This document shows positions 29,201-37,081 of a DNA stretch of 64,000 nt, piece after piece. The position numbers were made by a program, and so were the translations under genes. The stretch's first letter is position 1; every line of letters begins with the position of its first letter. Below the pieces are notes generated by a model, which was not told the DNA's origin, ran no database searches, and saw only the letters and a program-made list of their open reading frames with translations. Where the stretch lies: positions 248,001 to 312,000 of IMG/VR virus record IMGVR_UViG_3300017917_002374; one strand, 5' to 3'.

Positions 29201-29293
29201 AAAGCAGGCGACAATCCAATGGCTACAGAAAATGTTCAACTAGAGGATCGTTTGGCAGCACTATATGATAGTATTAAGGTAAAATCAGAATGA
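26249..29293 (+). CDS. Highly charged multi-module protein (1014 aa), putative prohead core/internal polyprotein
   Basis: K/E/D-rich; AT-hook KKRGRPKK; DUF3008-like KAVSKQQQKFMG...KDFAKTKHKGLP; many [ILVM]xE junctions. Confidence 0.75.
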   Translation: MSKHNDIYNILGKLNSLKPQEETKPSILKEFAEPKPADVVQNLNAKYQEHKQLNEYFHFDMPKGKDRGPRDTGTDELERRSKLGKDPLVKHGKEYKEKDRYGNGYKIAGPKGNLPEGDMEEGPADLLAAIEQEINNPGGSVDNLRDVLNATFGSDRSPEFKKARAVIGKYLDLVDNAAMGSEQDGIAPMRGGNIARHIQQYDLTDYLQNAAAMLDKTVKGPMDESGLQAYLGKKKYGEQGMKALQKAGREGASKEKMAQIRAKHDKLDEISQELAGNYMTAAEKDIKSRKEKDTWDPKISKRKEGKFNAVLRKTGTVPTTDNPTHGKFITSKMDEAEMDEDMLSPKQKKFAALAEPKDKITYADKIAGAKKKDEGNEFSGELVKARAQGKDSFSVDGKEYPVKEGFEDQHDVTNKGEYDQEGDMAKDDLSTIEDAARELDSILSADDNLPEWVQSKINKAMDYLDTARDYMKANTDDDNPEIKEGEYKDSVNKSKVPAYQRKAKGGDWKVSTKDLEDEASKSPTGRAGLEKLKQRMRDDGVMEGFPTVADAKARAEKEKGTGKFDKQTTSTGTRYTRKPETYSDDGEESGTSDAPKKRGRPKKHTGPERVTSKAWKHKGGRKTNESIKLDTFVEDTIGELDALLLSEKAVSKQQQKFMGMVHAMQKGEKVKGASKELKAAAKGMSKKDAKDFAKTKHKGLPSKVTEGINFVEMMRETDQTVEEMLNELHAELDEYKRSGQMGDKLRDALELHRHSKNKLMGETKEKERDDFFYNPDVPDDQQLPALPDEVKVDVELDELAKLAGLGEVSRGEYIKQQDAQAERAGKDSFNAFGQNFDTDQVQEASCNMTAEGQFCPEHGLAECGSMMYESKQSLDECGDMGPMEKPESGMSVNTSFDTKTGRKTMSVTADGEAAEQLAQMLKMAGLGHDHSHDHGPERKIVMVPEEEVTEEFANEPNEQYADTQTIVDAGQDLNRKKKQYADKPKAGDNPMATENVQLEDRLAALYDSIKVKSE

Positions 29294-29910
29294 AAAGTCT
29301 AAAAGAATATATCGCCGAAAGCGAGTTCACTTTAGAAAATCCTGTACCAGGAGATGTGTTTGGTCTTGAACTTAGTACCGACGTGCTTATTGAAAGTGTA
29401 GTAGGAGAACTATTAGAGGATGGATCTCCTGTGGTTGAGTTAGATGCTCGTGCCATTGAGATTATGGAAAGCATGGGGTGGGTATTTGAAGATGTTGCAC
29501 CTGTGCCAACTGACAGCATAAGTCCAATACACGGTAATGCATTTGCTCCTTATCATCGTGAACATGACCCACGCGAATGGTTCCGTAAAGATGTACATGA
29601 AGAAGAGCAAGACGAAGAAGCAGAAGATGAAACTGTGACCGAAGCAGAATACAGAGGTCGCAAGGTGCCGTTAGGCAAACCAATGGCAGGCGATGTAAAA
29701 AAGAAAAAAGTTTATGTACGCAAGCCCAACGGCAGCATTGTAAAAGTAAATTTTGGCCATGGCGGAACCAGTGCCAAAAAAGCAGGTCAAAAGACCATGC
29801 GTATTAAAAAATCAAACCCTGCACGTCGCAAGAGTTTTAGAGCTAGACACAACTGTGACAATCCTGGACCACGCTGGAAAGCAAGGTACTGGAGTTGCAG
29901 AGCTTGGTAA
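29290..29910 (+). CDS. Probable internal head protein with basic C-terminal domain
   Basis: Starts MKSLKEYIAE; C-terminal EAEYRGRKV.L.KP...VKVNFG...ARRKSFRARHNC...ARYWSC..W. Confidence 0.7.
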   Translation: MKSLKEYIAESEFTLENPVPGDVFGLELSTDVLIESVVGELLEDGSPVVELDARAIEIMESMGWVFEDVAPVPTDSISPIHGNAFAPYHREHDPREWFRKDVHEEEQDEEAEDETVTEAEYRGRKVPLGKPMAGDVKKKKVYVRKPNGSIVKVNFGHGGTSAKKAGQKTMRIKKSNPARRKSFRARHNCDNPGPRWKARYWSCRAW

Positions 29911-29928
29911 TATAAACAAAGGTCAATT

Positions 29929-30762
29929 ATGAAAAAATGGTTTTCAATTCTGCTACTATCTCTAGTGGCAACTCCAGCAGCAGCATGGGATCAATGGGCA
30001 CCGCAGCCTATTAATGCTTGTAATGTTCAAGCACCATACGGTTTTCCTAAAGCATCGCGAGGCGATCTTATGGGCAACAGTCAGGCAATATGCCGTCATG
30101 CCTATGTTACATTACATGATAATGTGGCAAAGATTCCTGTGTGGGTCAGCTACACATTGCAACCACAAAATGCATTAGGCTGTGTCCCACGTTCAAACGG
30201 ATTCATGCCAGACAACAGTTTGCCAAAAGGTAAACGTGCAGAATTGTCTGATTATGCCAAGAGTGGATATGACATTGGACATGTGGCTCCTAATGGCGAC
30301 ATGAGTTTTGATAATCGTGCAGAGTTAGAAAGTTTTTTGTTAACCAACATGTATCCACAACTGCCTGGGTTGAATCGTGGCATCTGGAAGTTGTTGGAAA
30401 CTGCAACAAGAGGCTGGGCGGTTCAAAGAGGACATGCGATAGTAGTATACGCTGGGGCTATATATGGCACTGGTGACAAAACCATTGGTGCGAATCAAGT
30501 GGTAGTACCACGTGCGTTTTATAAGATTGTAACAGACACCACTACAGGTGAAGTTATGGCATTCTTGTTCAAGCACGAAGGCGGGCAAGGCAATGACCTG
30601 ACCAAGGTACGTGCAAGTTTAGACACAGTTGAAAAACTCAGCGGTGTGGCTTTTAGTTTTCCTGCTAATGCTAGAGAAGTGCCATTGAATCAAATATGGC
30701 CAGTAGACTATGGAGCACTAACAAATGCAAAAAGAGCCAAATGCAAGGGAACCGGAGAATAA
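29929..30762 (+). CDS. DNA/RNA non-specific endonuclease (NucA/EndoG family) with signal peptide
   Basis: GYDIGHVAP (DRGH-like), SFLLTNMYPQ...NRGIW..LE, VPRAFYKI; N-terminal MKKWFSILLLSLVATPAAA. Confidence 0.9.
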   Translation: MKKWFSILLLSLVATPAAAWDQWAPQPINACNVQAPYGFPKASRGDLMGNSQAICRHAYVTLHDNVAKIPVWVSYTLQPQNALGCVPRSNGFMPDNSLPKGKRAELSDYAKSGYDIGHVAPNGDMSFDNRAELESFLLTNMYPQLPGLNRGIWKLLETATRGWAVQRGHAIVVYAGAIYGTGDKTIGANQVVVPRAFYKIVTDTTTGEVMAFLFKHEGGQGNDLTKVRASLDTVEKLSGVAFSFPANAREVPLNQIWPVDYGALTNAKRAKCKGTGE

Positions 30763-30791
30763 TCCGGATGACGATCGTCCGGTGATACCTT

Positions 30792-31001
30792 ATGGACAAC
30801 ATTGAAGAACTACAAGTATTGGCCGGCATAAAAAACCGGCCTTTGTTCACAGAGTACAAAGGACACTCTGGTAGCAACATCAGTGTGACTGGAAATGAAA
30901 AAGGTCAATTGATGAAAAAATTAAACATCAAACCAGGAACTGAAGAATGGTTCAAACTGTGGTTTAGCAAACCATATCTCACAGGCGAAAAGCCAGTTTA
31001 A
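30792..31001 (+). CDS. Small hypothetical protein (69 aa)
   Basis: ORF with EELQVLAGI motif and IKPGTEEWFKLWF C-terminus. Confidence 0.7.
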   Translation: MDNIEELQVLAGIKNRPLFTEYKGHSGSNISVTGNEKGQLMKKLNIKPGTEEWFKLWFSKPYLTGEKPV

Positions 31002-31963
31002 TCTAAAAATTTAACTTTACGTTTTTCAAACTTGGTGTTGGTTTCGGCGCGAGCATTTTTGAATCCCACGTCCGGACGATCAAGCATGTATCTTAACACT
31101 AGATAAGGTTCGTAATCGCCGGATGGAGTATCGCCATTGGCAAAAACCTGTTGTGCTGTTAACTGATACCCTCTTCCGGATTTTGCAATTTTAGGATAGC
31201 CTGCAAGTACCACATCAACATTGCTAATGCCCGGTTGCCCGCTAAAAAAGTTTTTTCCAAACACAACAAGATTTTTAATGTCATTGCTTGGATGCAACCC
31301 AAATGCCTGTCCACTTTGAAATACACCGCCGGTTTCGGCTTTAATTTTAGATAGCCATTGTTGAATTTCAGGCAAATTTATAAGATGATTCCAACCGCCA
31401 TACTTGGCAAAATTGTCAGCTTTTAGACTTACCCAGGCAACTGCATGACCATTTTCGTCATACACTGTCATGTCGCTTTTTGGAGCACGGCCATTAATTA
31501 ATTCTGTGGTTTTACCAAATGTAGCCGCTTGTACAACACGTTTGCCAATCTTAAGTGGGATACTGGATTTACCGAGTTTTTGTTTGATAGCTTCAAGCTC
31601 GCCAGACAGCCCGTCAATTTGCAACTGTTCTATAGCCACACGTTTGCCTGACTCTTCGCCGCCAAATTCTGCAGTCTTGATGATACTACCTAGTGGAATT
31701 TCTCGTGGAGGTTCTTCTGCTGTTTTCAGCTTTAGATTTGGTCTAGGAGAAGTTTGGGTCCACGCAGAAAAACGATCCGCTTCGGCAGGATCAATAACTA
31801 CATCTTCAACACCCTGTGTGGTTTTGACTTTAAAAGGACTGCCTGATTGTATTTTTTGAATAACAATAGGCACCCGAGCCTTTGGTGTACCTTCGTACTT
31901 GAAAAGTCCGGGTGCTAATGGAGCTTCGTTAACTGGCTCTTGGGTAACTTCTGTTATACGCAT
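30998..31963 (-). CDS. Putative PD-(D/E)xK-like nuclease, late expressed
   Basis: PKSD.....VSLK motif; starts MRITEVTQE; TAAATA 5 nt upstream of the ATG. Confidence 0.5.
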   Translation of the reverse strand: MRITEVTQEPVNEAPLAPGLFKYEGTPKARVPIVIQKIQSGSPFKVKTTQGVEDVVIDPAEADRFSAWTQTSPRPNLKLKTAEEPPREIPLGSIIKTAEFGGEESGKRVAIEQLQIDGLSGELEAIKQKLGKSSIPLKIGKRVVQAATFGKTTELINGRAPKSDMTVYDENGHAVAWVSLKADNFAKYGGWNHLINLPEIQQWLSKIKAETGGVFQSGQAFGLHPSNDIKNLVVFGKNFFSGQPGISNVDVVLAGYPKIAKSGRGYQLTAQQVFANGDTPSGDYEPYLVLRYMLDRPDVGFKNARAETNTKFEKRKVKFLD

Positions 31964-31971
31964 AAGCGTAT

Positions 31972-32502
31972 TTAGCCCGTTGCTCGCTTATCCTCAATGC
32001 CAAGATATTGATACCAACTTGGATGCTCAATATGTATAGGACGACTTTTCCACTTGTTTACCAACTGGTAATAGTCTGGTTTGTAAGGCATGCGTATGGG
32101 CTTCCATAGCTTGCTACCTTTTCTATGATTGCAGGATTTGCATGCGGTAACACTGTTTTCCCAATTGGTTTTACCGCCAGTGCTGCGTGGAATCACATGA
32201 TCCAGTGTAAGTTCGTCTCGCGGAAAAGTTTCTCTGCAATATTGGCATTGATACAAATCGCGCAGATACAGATTGCTTCTGCTGAAACGAATGTTGCGAC
32301 GTTTGGTAAAGTAGCCTTTGGTTACTGCCACAGCCGGGTAGTGAATGGTCAAATTGGAACTGCGAGCCACTAGATGGTCGTACTCTTCTAGCACAGTTAT
32401 GCGATCTAGAAACATCAGTTTAATAGCATGTTGCCAATTGATTATGCTCAAAGGAAGCACACTTATTGGCTCATAATTGCTGTTGAGTAGCAGGCAGTTC
32501 AT
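31972..32502 (-). CDS. HNH endonuclease (McrA/HNH_5-like)
   Basis: LLLNSNYEP N-terminus; RDLYQCQYC...LTLDHVIPRS.GG...WEN.VTAC..CN..KG. Confidence 0.92.
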   Translation of the reverse strand: MNCLLLNSNYEPISVLPLSIINWQHAIKLMFLDRITVLEEYDHLVARSSNLTIHYPAVAVTKGYFTKRRNIRFSRSNLYLRDLYQCQYCRETFPRDELTLDHVIPRSTGGKTNWENSVTACKSCNHRKGSKLWKPIRMPYKPDYYQLVNKWKSRPIHIEHPSWYQYLGIEDKRATG

Positions 32503-32504
32503 GT

Positions 32505-32516
32505 TAAATATATTTA
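32505..32516. promoter_or_regulatory. Palindromic divergent late promoter TAAATATATTTA
   Basis: TAAATA on both strands in the 16-bp gap between the HNH and terminase ATGs, each 8 nt from its ATG. Confidence 0.7.
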
Positions 32517-32518
32517 CT

Positions 32519-34084
32519 ATGTCAAAAAGTTTAGAAGGTGTAATTGTAAAAAAAGCTCATCAAGTAGAAAGCTACACTGAGCATCAAATTCGTGAAATAG
32601 CCAAATGTGCTGATCCTGTGACAGGTCCTCAGTACTTCATGGACAACTATTTCTACATACAGCATCCTACACAGGGTAGCATACAATACCATCCATTTGA
32701 GTACCAGGAACGCTTGATAGATACCTATCACAATTATAGATTCTCTATCAGTTTAATGCCAAGACAAACGGGGAAATCAACATCAGCTGCTGGATATTTA
32801 TTATGGTATGCAATGTTCATTCCGGACAGCACTATTCTGGTAGCTGCTCACAAATACTTGGGCGCACAGGAAATCATGCAACGTGTTCGTTATGCGTATG
32901 AAAACTGCCCGGATCATATACGAGCAGGGGTAGTAAGCTATAACAAAGGATCAATTGATTTTGATAACGGTAGTCGTATAGTTGCACAAACCACAACAGA
33001 AAACACTGGTCGTGGTATGAGTATATCTCTGTTATACTGTGACGAGTTTGCATTCGTTCGTCCCACAATCGCCAAAGACTTTTGGACCTCCATTACTCCT
33101 ACACTGGCCACTGGTGGTAAGTGTATTATCACCAGCACACCAAACAGCGACGAAGATCAGTTCGCACTGATCTGGAAAGGGGCTAACAAATGTGTAGACG
33201 AGTTTGGCAATGAAACGGAAATAGGAATTAATGGATTCAAGGCTTTTCGTAGCAACTGGAAAGAACACCCAGAGCGTGACGATGCGTGGGCAGCAGAAAT
33301 GAAAGCACAATTAGGCGAAGAACGTTTCCGCCGTGAAATGGATTGCGAGTTCTTGATTTTTGATGAAACTTTGATCAATGCAGTTACACTGTTTGAAATG
33401 GGAGGAATTGATCCTCTGGATCGGCAAGGTCAAGTGCGTTGGTATAAAAAGCCAGAAAAAGACTACACGTATGTTGTGGCGCTTGATCCTAGTTTGGGCA
33501 CAGGTGGAGACCCAGCTGCTATTGAAGTGTTTGAGTTACCTACGTTACGACAGGTTGCAGAATGGCAGCACAACAAAACTCCAGTGCAACGACAGGTTGC
33601 GATTCTTAAAGAAATTACCAGCTATCTAGCGGACACAATTGGCAGCAGCACAGAGGTGTATTATTCAGTAGAAAATAATACCTTAGGAGAGGCAGCACTG
33701 GTTGCCATTGCAGAAATTGGCGAAGAAAACATTCCTGGAATTTTTCTAAGTGAGCCACATCGTGCAGGACACAGCAAATCCTATCGTAAAGGATTTACTA
33801 CTACAAACAAGAGCAAACTAGCAGTTTGCAGCAAATTCAAAAGTCTAGTGGAAACCAAGCGAATGACCATTGCTAGTAAAAATCTCATTAGCGAGCTCAA
33901 GAACTTTGTAGCAGTGGGCACTTCGTTCAAAGCCAAAATAGGCGAAACTGATGATCTAGTGCTAGCCACGCTGCTAGTGGTACGCATGATACAGGTGCTA
34001 AAAGAGTTTGATCAACGACTGGACAATGAAGTTAGAGACACGCTTGAAGACTTTATTGCACCCATGCCCTTTATAATGATTTAG
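32519..34084 (+). CDS. Terminase large subunit (gp17-like)
   Basis: PRQTGKS Walker A, LLYCDEFAF Walker B, IITSTPN, ALDPSLGTGGD and DDLV RNase H-like nuclease motifs. Confidence 0.97.
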   Translation: MSKSLEGVIVKKAHQVESYTEHQIREIAKCADPVTGPQYFMDNYFYIQHPTQGSIQYHPFEYQERLIDTYHNYRFSISLMPRQTGKSTSAAGYLLWYAMFIPDSTILVAAHKYLGAQEIMQRVRYAYENCPDHIRAGVVSYNKGSIDFDNGSRIVAQTTTENTGRGMSISLLYCDEFAFVRPTIAKDFWTSITPTLATGGKCIITSTPNSDEDQFALIWKGANKCVDEFGNETEIGINGFKAFRSNWKEHPERDDAWAAEMKAQLGEERFRREMDCEFLIFDETLINAVTLFEMGGIDPLDRQGQVRWYKKPEKDYTYVVALDPSLGTGGDPAAIEVFELPTLRQVAEWQHNKTPVQRQVAILKEITSYLADTIGSSTEVYYSVENNTLGEAALVAIAEIGEENIPGIFLSEPHRAGHSKSYRKGFTTTNKSKLAVCSKFKSLVETKRMTIASKNLISELKNFVAVGTSFKAKIGETDDLVLATLLVVRMIQVLKEFDQRLDNEVRDTLEDFIAPMPFIMI

Positions 34085-34114
34085 AGCTAAATACGCTATT
34101 AAAACGGAATTACT

Positions 34115-35896
34115 ATGTCACGCGAAATTGAAAAAATTGCCGAAGATTTATTTGAAAAAGTTAGATCTAGATTTGAAAATGTTAACTTAGGAGACGAAGC
34201 AGCCAAGGCTACCAACGATCCTGAGAAAGCAAGATTTTTCAACTTTGACTATGTGACAAACGAAGAAAATCATGGCAATGTTACAATCAGCATAATTGAC
34301 GAAAATAATCTAAAGATTTATTTCAGTAAAAATATCAGCGACAATCTAGAAGGGCAAGAGTTAGACAACTGGTACAGTTTTCTAAAAGAGTTACGCTATT
34401 TTGCCAAACGTAATCTACTCACATTTGACACTAGAGACATCAGTCGTAGCAATCTAAACATAAAGGATCTTAAACAAGTGAGCAAAGCAGACAGTACCTT
34501 GACCACTCAAGATGTGGCAATATCAGAAAGCAGACTTTATGGCACACACATGATCAGCTACGAAAATGTTGGACCGGCCCGTATCATGATCAAACACACA
34601 GAAAGTGTGAATCCTGAACAGCGTGGTAGTAGAGCAAGACACATCAATGCAATCTATGTTGAAAATGCACAGGGCGAACGTTTTAAAATGCAACACAACA
34701 AGTTGAGCGGAGCAAGGGCCATGGCACGTCATGTGGCAGAAGGCGGTATTCCTTACGATGATGTTGGTCAGCATATCAACAGCATGATACAAGAAATGGC
34801 AGATCTTGGTCGTTTTGTGCGTGTGATGAAGCATCGTACCTTTGAAGACAACACAGCAGTCAAAATGGTAGAAGCAGCAGCCAACTATTATCAAGGCATG
34901 AATAGACAATTAAACTATCTCAAAGGTTCAAGAGCCTATAGAAATTTTGTAGAGTCATTTGAACCAAACAAACAACAACTAGACGAAGTGGATGTAAATG
35001 AATTAAAAGAACGTTTTGTTAAAAAAGTTTTTGATGATCGTATGATGGCAGCACTGCCATTGGTGAACAAGGCCTATCAGTTACAAGAACAAGCCAAACA
35101 CAAACAATTAGAAAGTGTTAAAGACATTGTTGAACACCGTGCTGATTTGCAGTTGATTGAAAATGAAGGCATGGACGAATATTTCAAGGCTCTGAGTTTC
35201 GCTCGCCCTGCAGATCTGGTAGTTCGCATTCTTGAAGACATTGCCAAACGTGGCGCAGCTATTCCAGAAGTAGCAGAATTTGCCAAACACTGGGCAGCAA
35301 ACTTCAACATGGTAAACGAAGACAGCGATAAAGAATTAAAAGAAAATCAAGCTCTGGCAGTAAAATTGGCTACGCACTACATTAGAGACCTACGTAACCT
35401 ACATGAGGGGTTACGAGTGTCTCAAACAGACTATAATCTAGTGGATTTTGACAGCGGCGAAATACTAGAAGAAGGCACTTGGGCACTACCAGAATCACCA
35501 GAAGAAGTTCAGGCTTTACAGGCATTGATGGCGCAGCCATTAGAAGTGGGCGTGGATGCTGAAAATGCTACCAGCGCACTCTACGAACTGATTGGCGACG
35601 ATGAACTGTTTGATAGACTGAATGATCTAGCAGATGCAGAAGGACCACGTGCAGATGCCAGAGACACTATCAAATACTTTTTACAACAGGAAATGCCTGG
35701 CCTAGCAGCTAAATTGAATTTTGGTGATGCAGAAATGGATCAAGCTACAAATGTCGCATCGCCTGCGCAACCCGCACCGCCTGCACAACCAACAGCAGCT
35801 AACACACCACCTGGACAGAATTCTGGCGGAGTGGTAAGCGAAGAACTACGAGCAATCGCTCGTTTGGCTGGTTTACAGTCGTTTATGGTGAAATAA
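34115..35896 (+). CDS. Conserved-type late hypothetical protein (593 aa)
   Basis: Long ORF after TAAATA (34088); ends in EELRAIARLAGL motif. Confidence 0.8.
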   Translation: MSREIEKIAEDLFEKVRSRFENVNLGDEAAKATNDPEKARFFNFDYVTNEENHGNVTISIIDENNLKIYFSKNISDNLEGQELDNWYSFLKELRYFAKRNLLTFDTRDISRSNLNIKDLKQVSKADSTLTTQDVAISESRLYGTHMISYENVGPARIMIKHTESVNPEQRGSRARHINAIYVENAQGERFKMQHNKLSGARAMARHVAEGGIPYDDVGQHINSMIQEMADLGRFVRVMKHRTFEDNTAVKMVEAAANYYQGMNRQLNYLKGSRAYRNFVESFEPNKQQLDEVDVNELKERFVKKVFDDRMMAALPLVNKAYQLQEQAKHKQLESVKDIVEHRADLQLIENEGMDEYFKALSFARPADLVVRILEDIAKRGAAIPEVAEFAKHWAANFNMVNEDSDKELKENQALAVKLATHYIRDLRNLHEGLRVSQTDYNLVDFDSGEILEEGTWALPESPEEVQALQALMAQPLEVGVDAENATSALYELIGDDELFDRLNDLADAEGPRADARDTIKYFLQQEMPGLAAKLNFGDAEMDQATNVASPAQPAPPAQPTAANTPPGQNSGGVVSEELRAIARLAGLQSFMVK

Positions 35897-35910
35897 TCTC
35901 GTTTTAGTTC

Positions 35911-35940
35911 TTGCAATCATAAATACTACTGTTATATACT
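35911..35940 (+). promoter_or_regulatory. Nested early and late promoters for ssb
   Basis: TTGCAA-18 bp-TATACT with TAAATA (35920-35925) in the spacer. Confidence 0.55.
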
Positions 35941-36002
35941 TGCACGGTGCAAGAATATATCTAGGCACAACAAAGACCATCTTAACTTAAAGGAAAATTA
36001 TC

Positions 36003-37010
36003 ATGGCTACATCATTGGCAGAAATTCGTGCAAAACTACAAGCACAAGAAAACCGCACAGGCGGCAGTCAAACAGGTGGCGACAACGCTATCTATCCACA
36101 CTGGAACATTGCAGAAGGTTCCACAGCAAAAATCCGTTTCCTACCAGACGGTAATTCCAAAAACAGCTTCTTCTGGGTTGAACGACTCATGATTCGTTTG
36201 CCTTTTGCTGGCATCAAAGGACAAGCAGACAGCAAGCCTGTTGTTGTACAAGTGCCTTGTGTGGAAATGTATGGCGAAGCATGCCCTATTCTAGCAGAGG
36301 TTCGTACTTGGTTCAAGGACGCTAGCCTTGAGGAAATGGGTCGTAAGTATTGGAAGAAAAAATCCTACTTGTTCCAGGGTTTTGTTCGCGAGAATACACT
36401 TGGCGACGACAAGACTCCGGCCAATCCTATTCGTCGTTTTGTGATCAGCCCGCAGATTTTTAACTTGGTTAAGAACGCACTTATGGATCCAGACATGGAA
36501 TCCATGCCAACAGACTATGAAGCAGGACTTGATTTCACTATCAAAAAAACTTCCAAAGGTGGTTATGCTGACTACAGCACTTCCACTTGGGCACGTAAAG
36601 AAAGTGCGCTCACAGCTGATGAACGTGCAGCCGTGGATCAGTTTGGTCTGTTCAATCTTGCAGACTTCCTGCCCAAGCAGCCAACAGATGTTGAGCTCAA
36701 GGTGATCAAGGAAATGTTTGAAGCAAGTGTTGATGGTCAAGCATATGATCCTGATCGTTGGGGTTCTTACTACAAACCAGCTGGCTTTGCTGGCGGTAAC
36801 AACAGTAGCACCGACGACGATGCAGCACCTGCAAAAGCAGCACCTGCACCGGTAGCAAAAGCAGCACCTGCATCAGCAGTGGCAGCAGAAGATCCACCTT
36901 TTGATACAGAAGATGCACCCGCTGCAACAGCACCGGTGCAAGAAGCCAAGCCTAGCAATCAACGTGCTGAGGACATCCTGGCTATGATTCGCAATCGTCA
37001 GAAGCAATAA
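36003..37010 (+). CDS. Single-stranded DNA-binding protein (T4 gp32-like)
   Basis: IRFLPDG...FWVE, CPI, PTDYE.G.DF.I.KT.KGGYADYSTS.W; acidic/Ala-rich C-terminal tail; upstream of uvsX. Confidence 0.88.
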   Translation: MATSLAEIRAKLQAQENRTGGSQTGGDNAIYPHWNIAEGSTAKIRFLPDGNSKNSFFWVERLMIRLPFAGIKGQADSKPVVVQVPCVEMYGEACPILAEVRTWFKDASLEEMGRKYWKKKSYLFQGFVRENTLGDDKTPANPIRRFVISPQIFNLVKNALMDPDMESMPTDYEAGLDFTIKKTSKGGYADYSTSTWARKESALTADERAAVDQFGLFNLADFLPKQPTDVELKVIKEMFEASVDGQAYDPDRWGSYYKPAGFAGGNNSSTDDDAAPAKAAPAPVAKAAPASAVAAEDPPFDTEDAPAATAPVQEAKPSNQRAEDILAMIRNRQKQ

Positions 37011-37081
37011 CACGACTTGGGCCTCTACACGGTTGTGTACGCCCAAGTTCTCACTTATAATATCTACGAGAGGAATCTATC

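Noticed and set aside
30764-30782. Imperfect dyad CCGGATGACGATCGTCCGG after the nuclease gene
   Set aside because: Short, single occurrence with no U-tract; insufficient support for a function.
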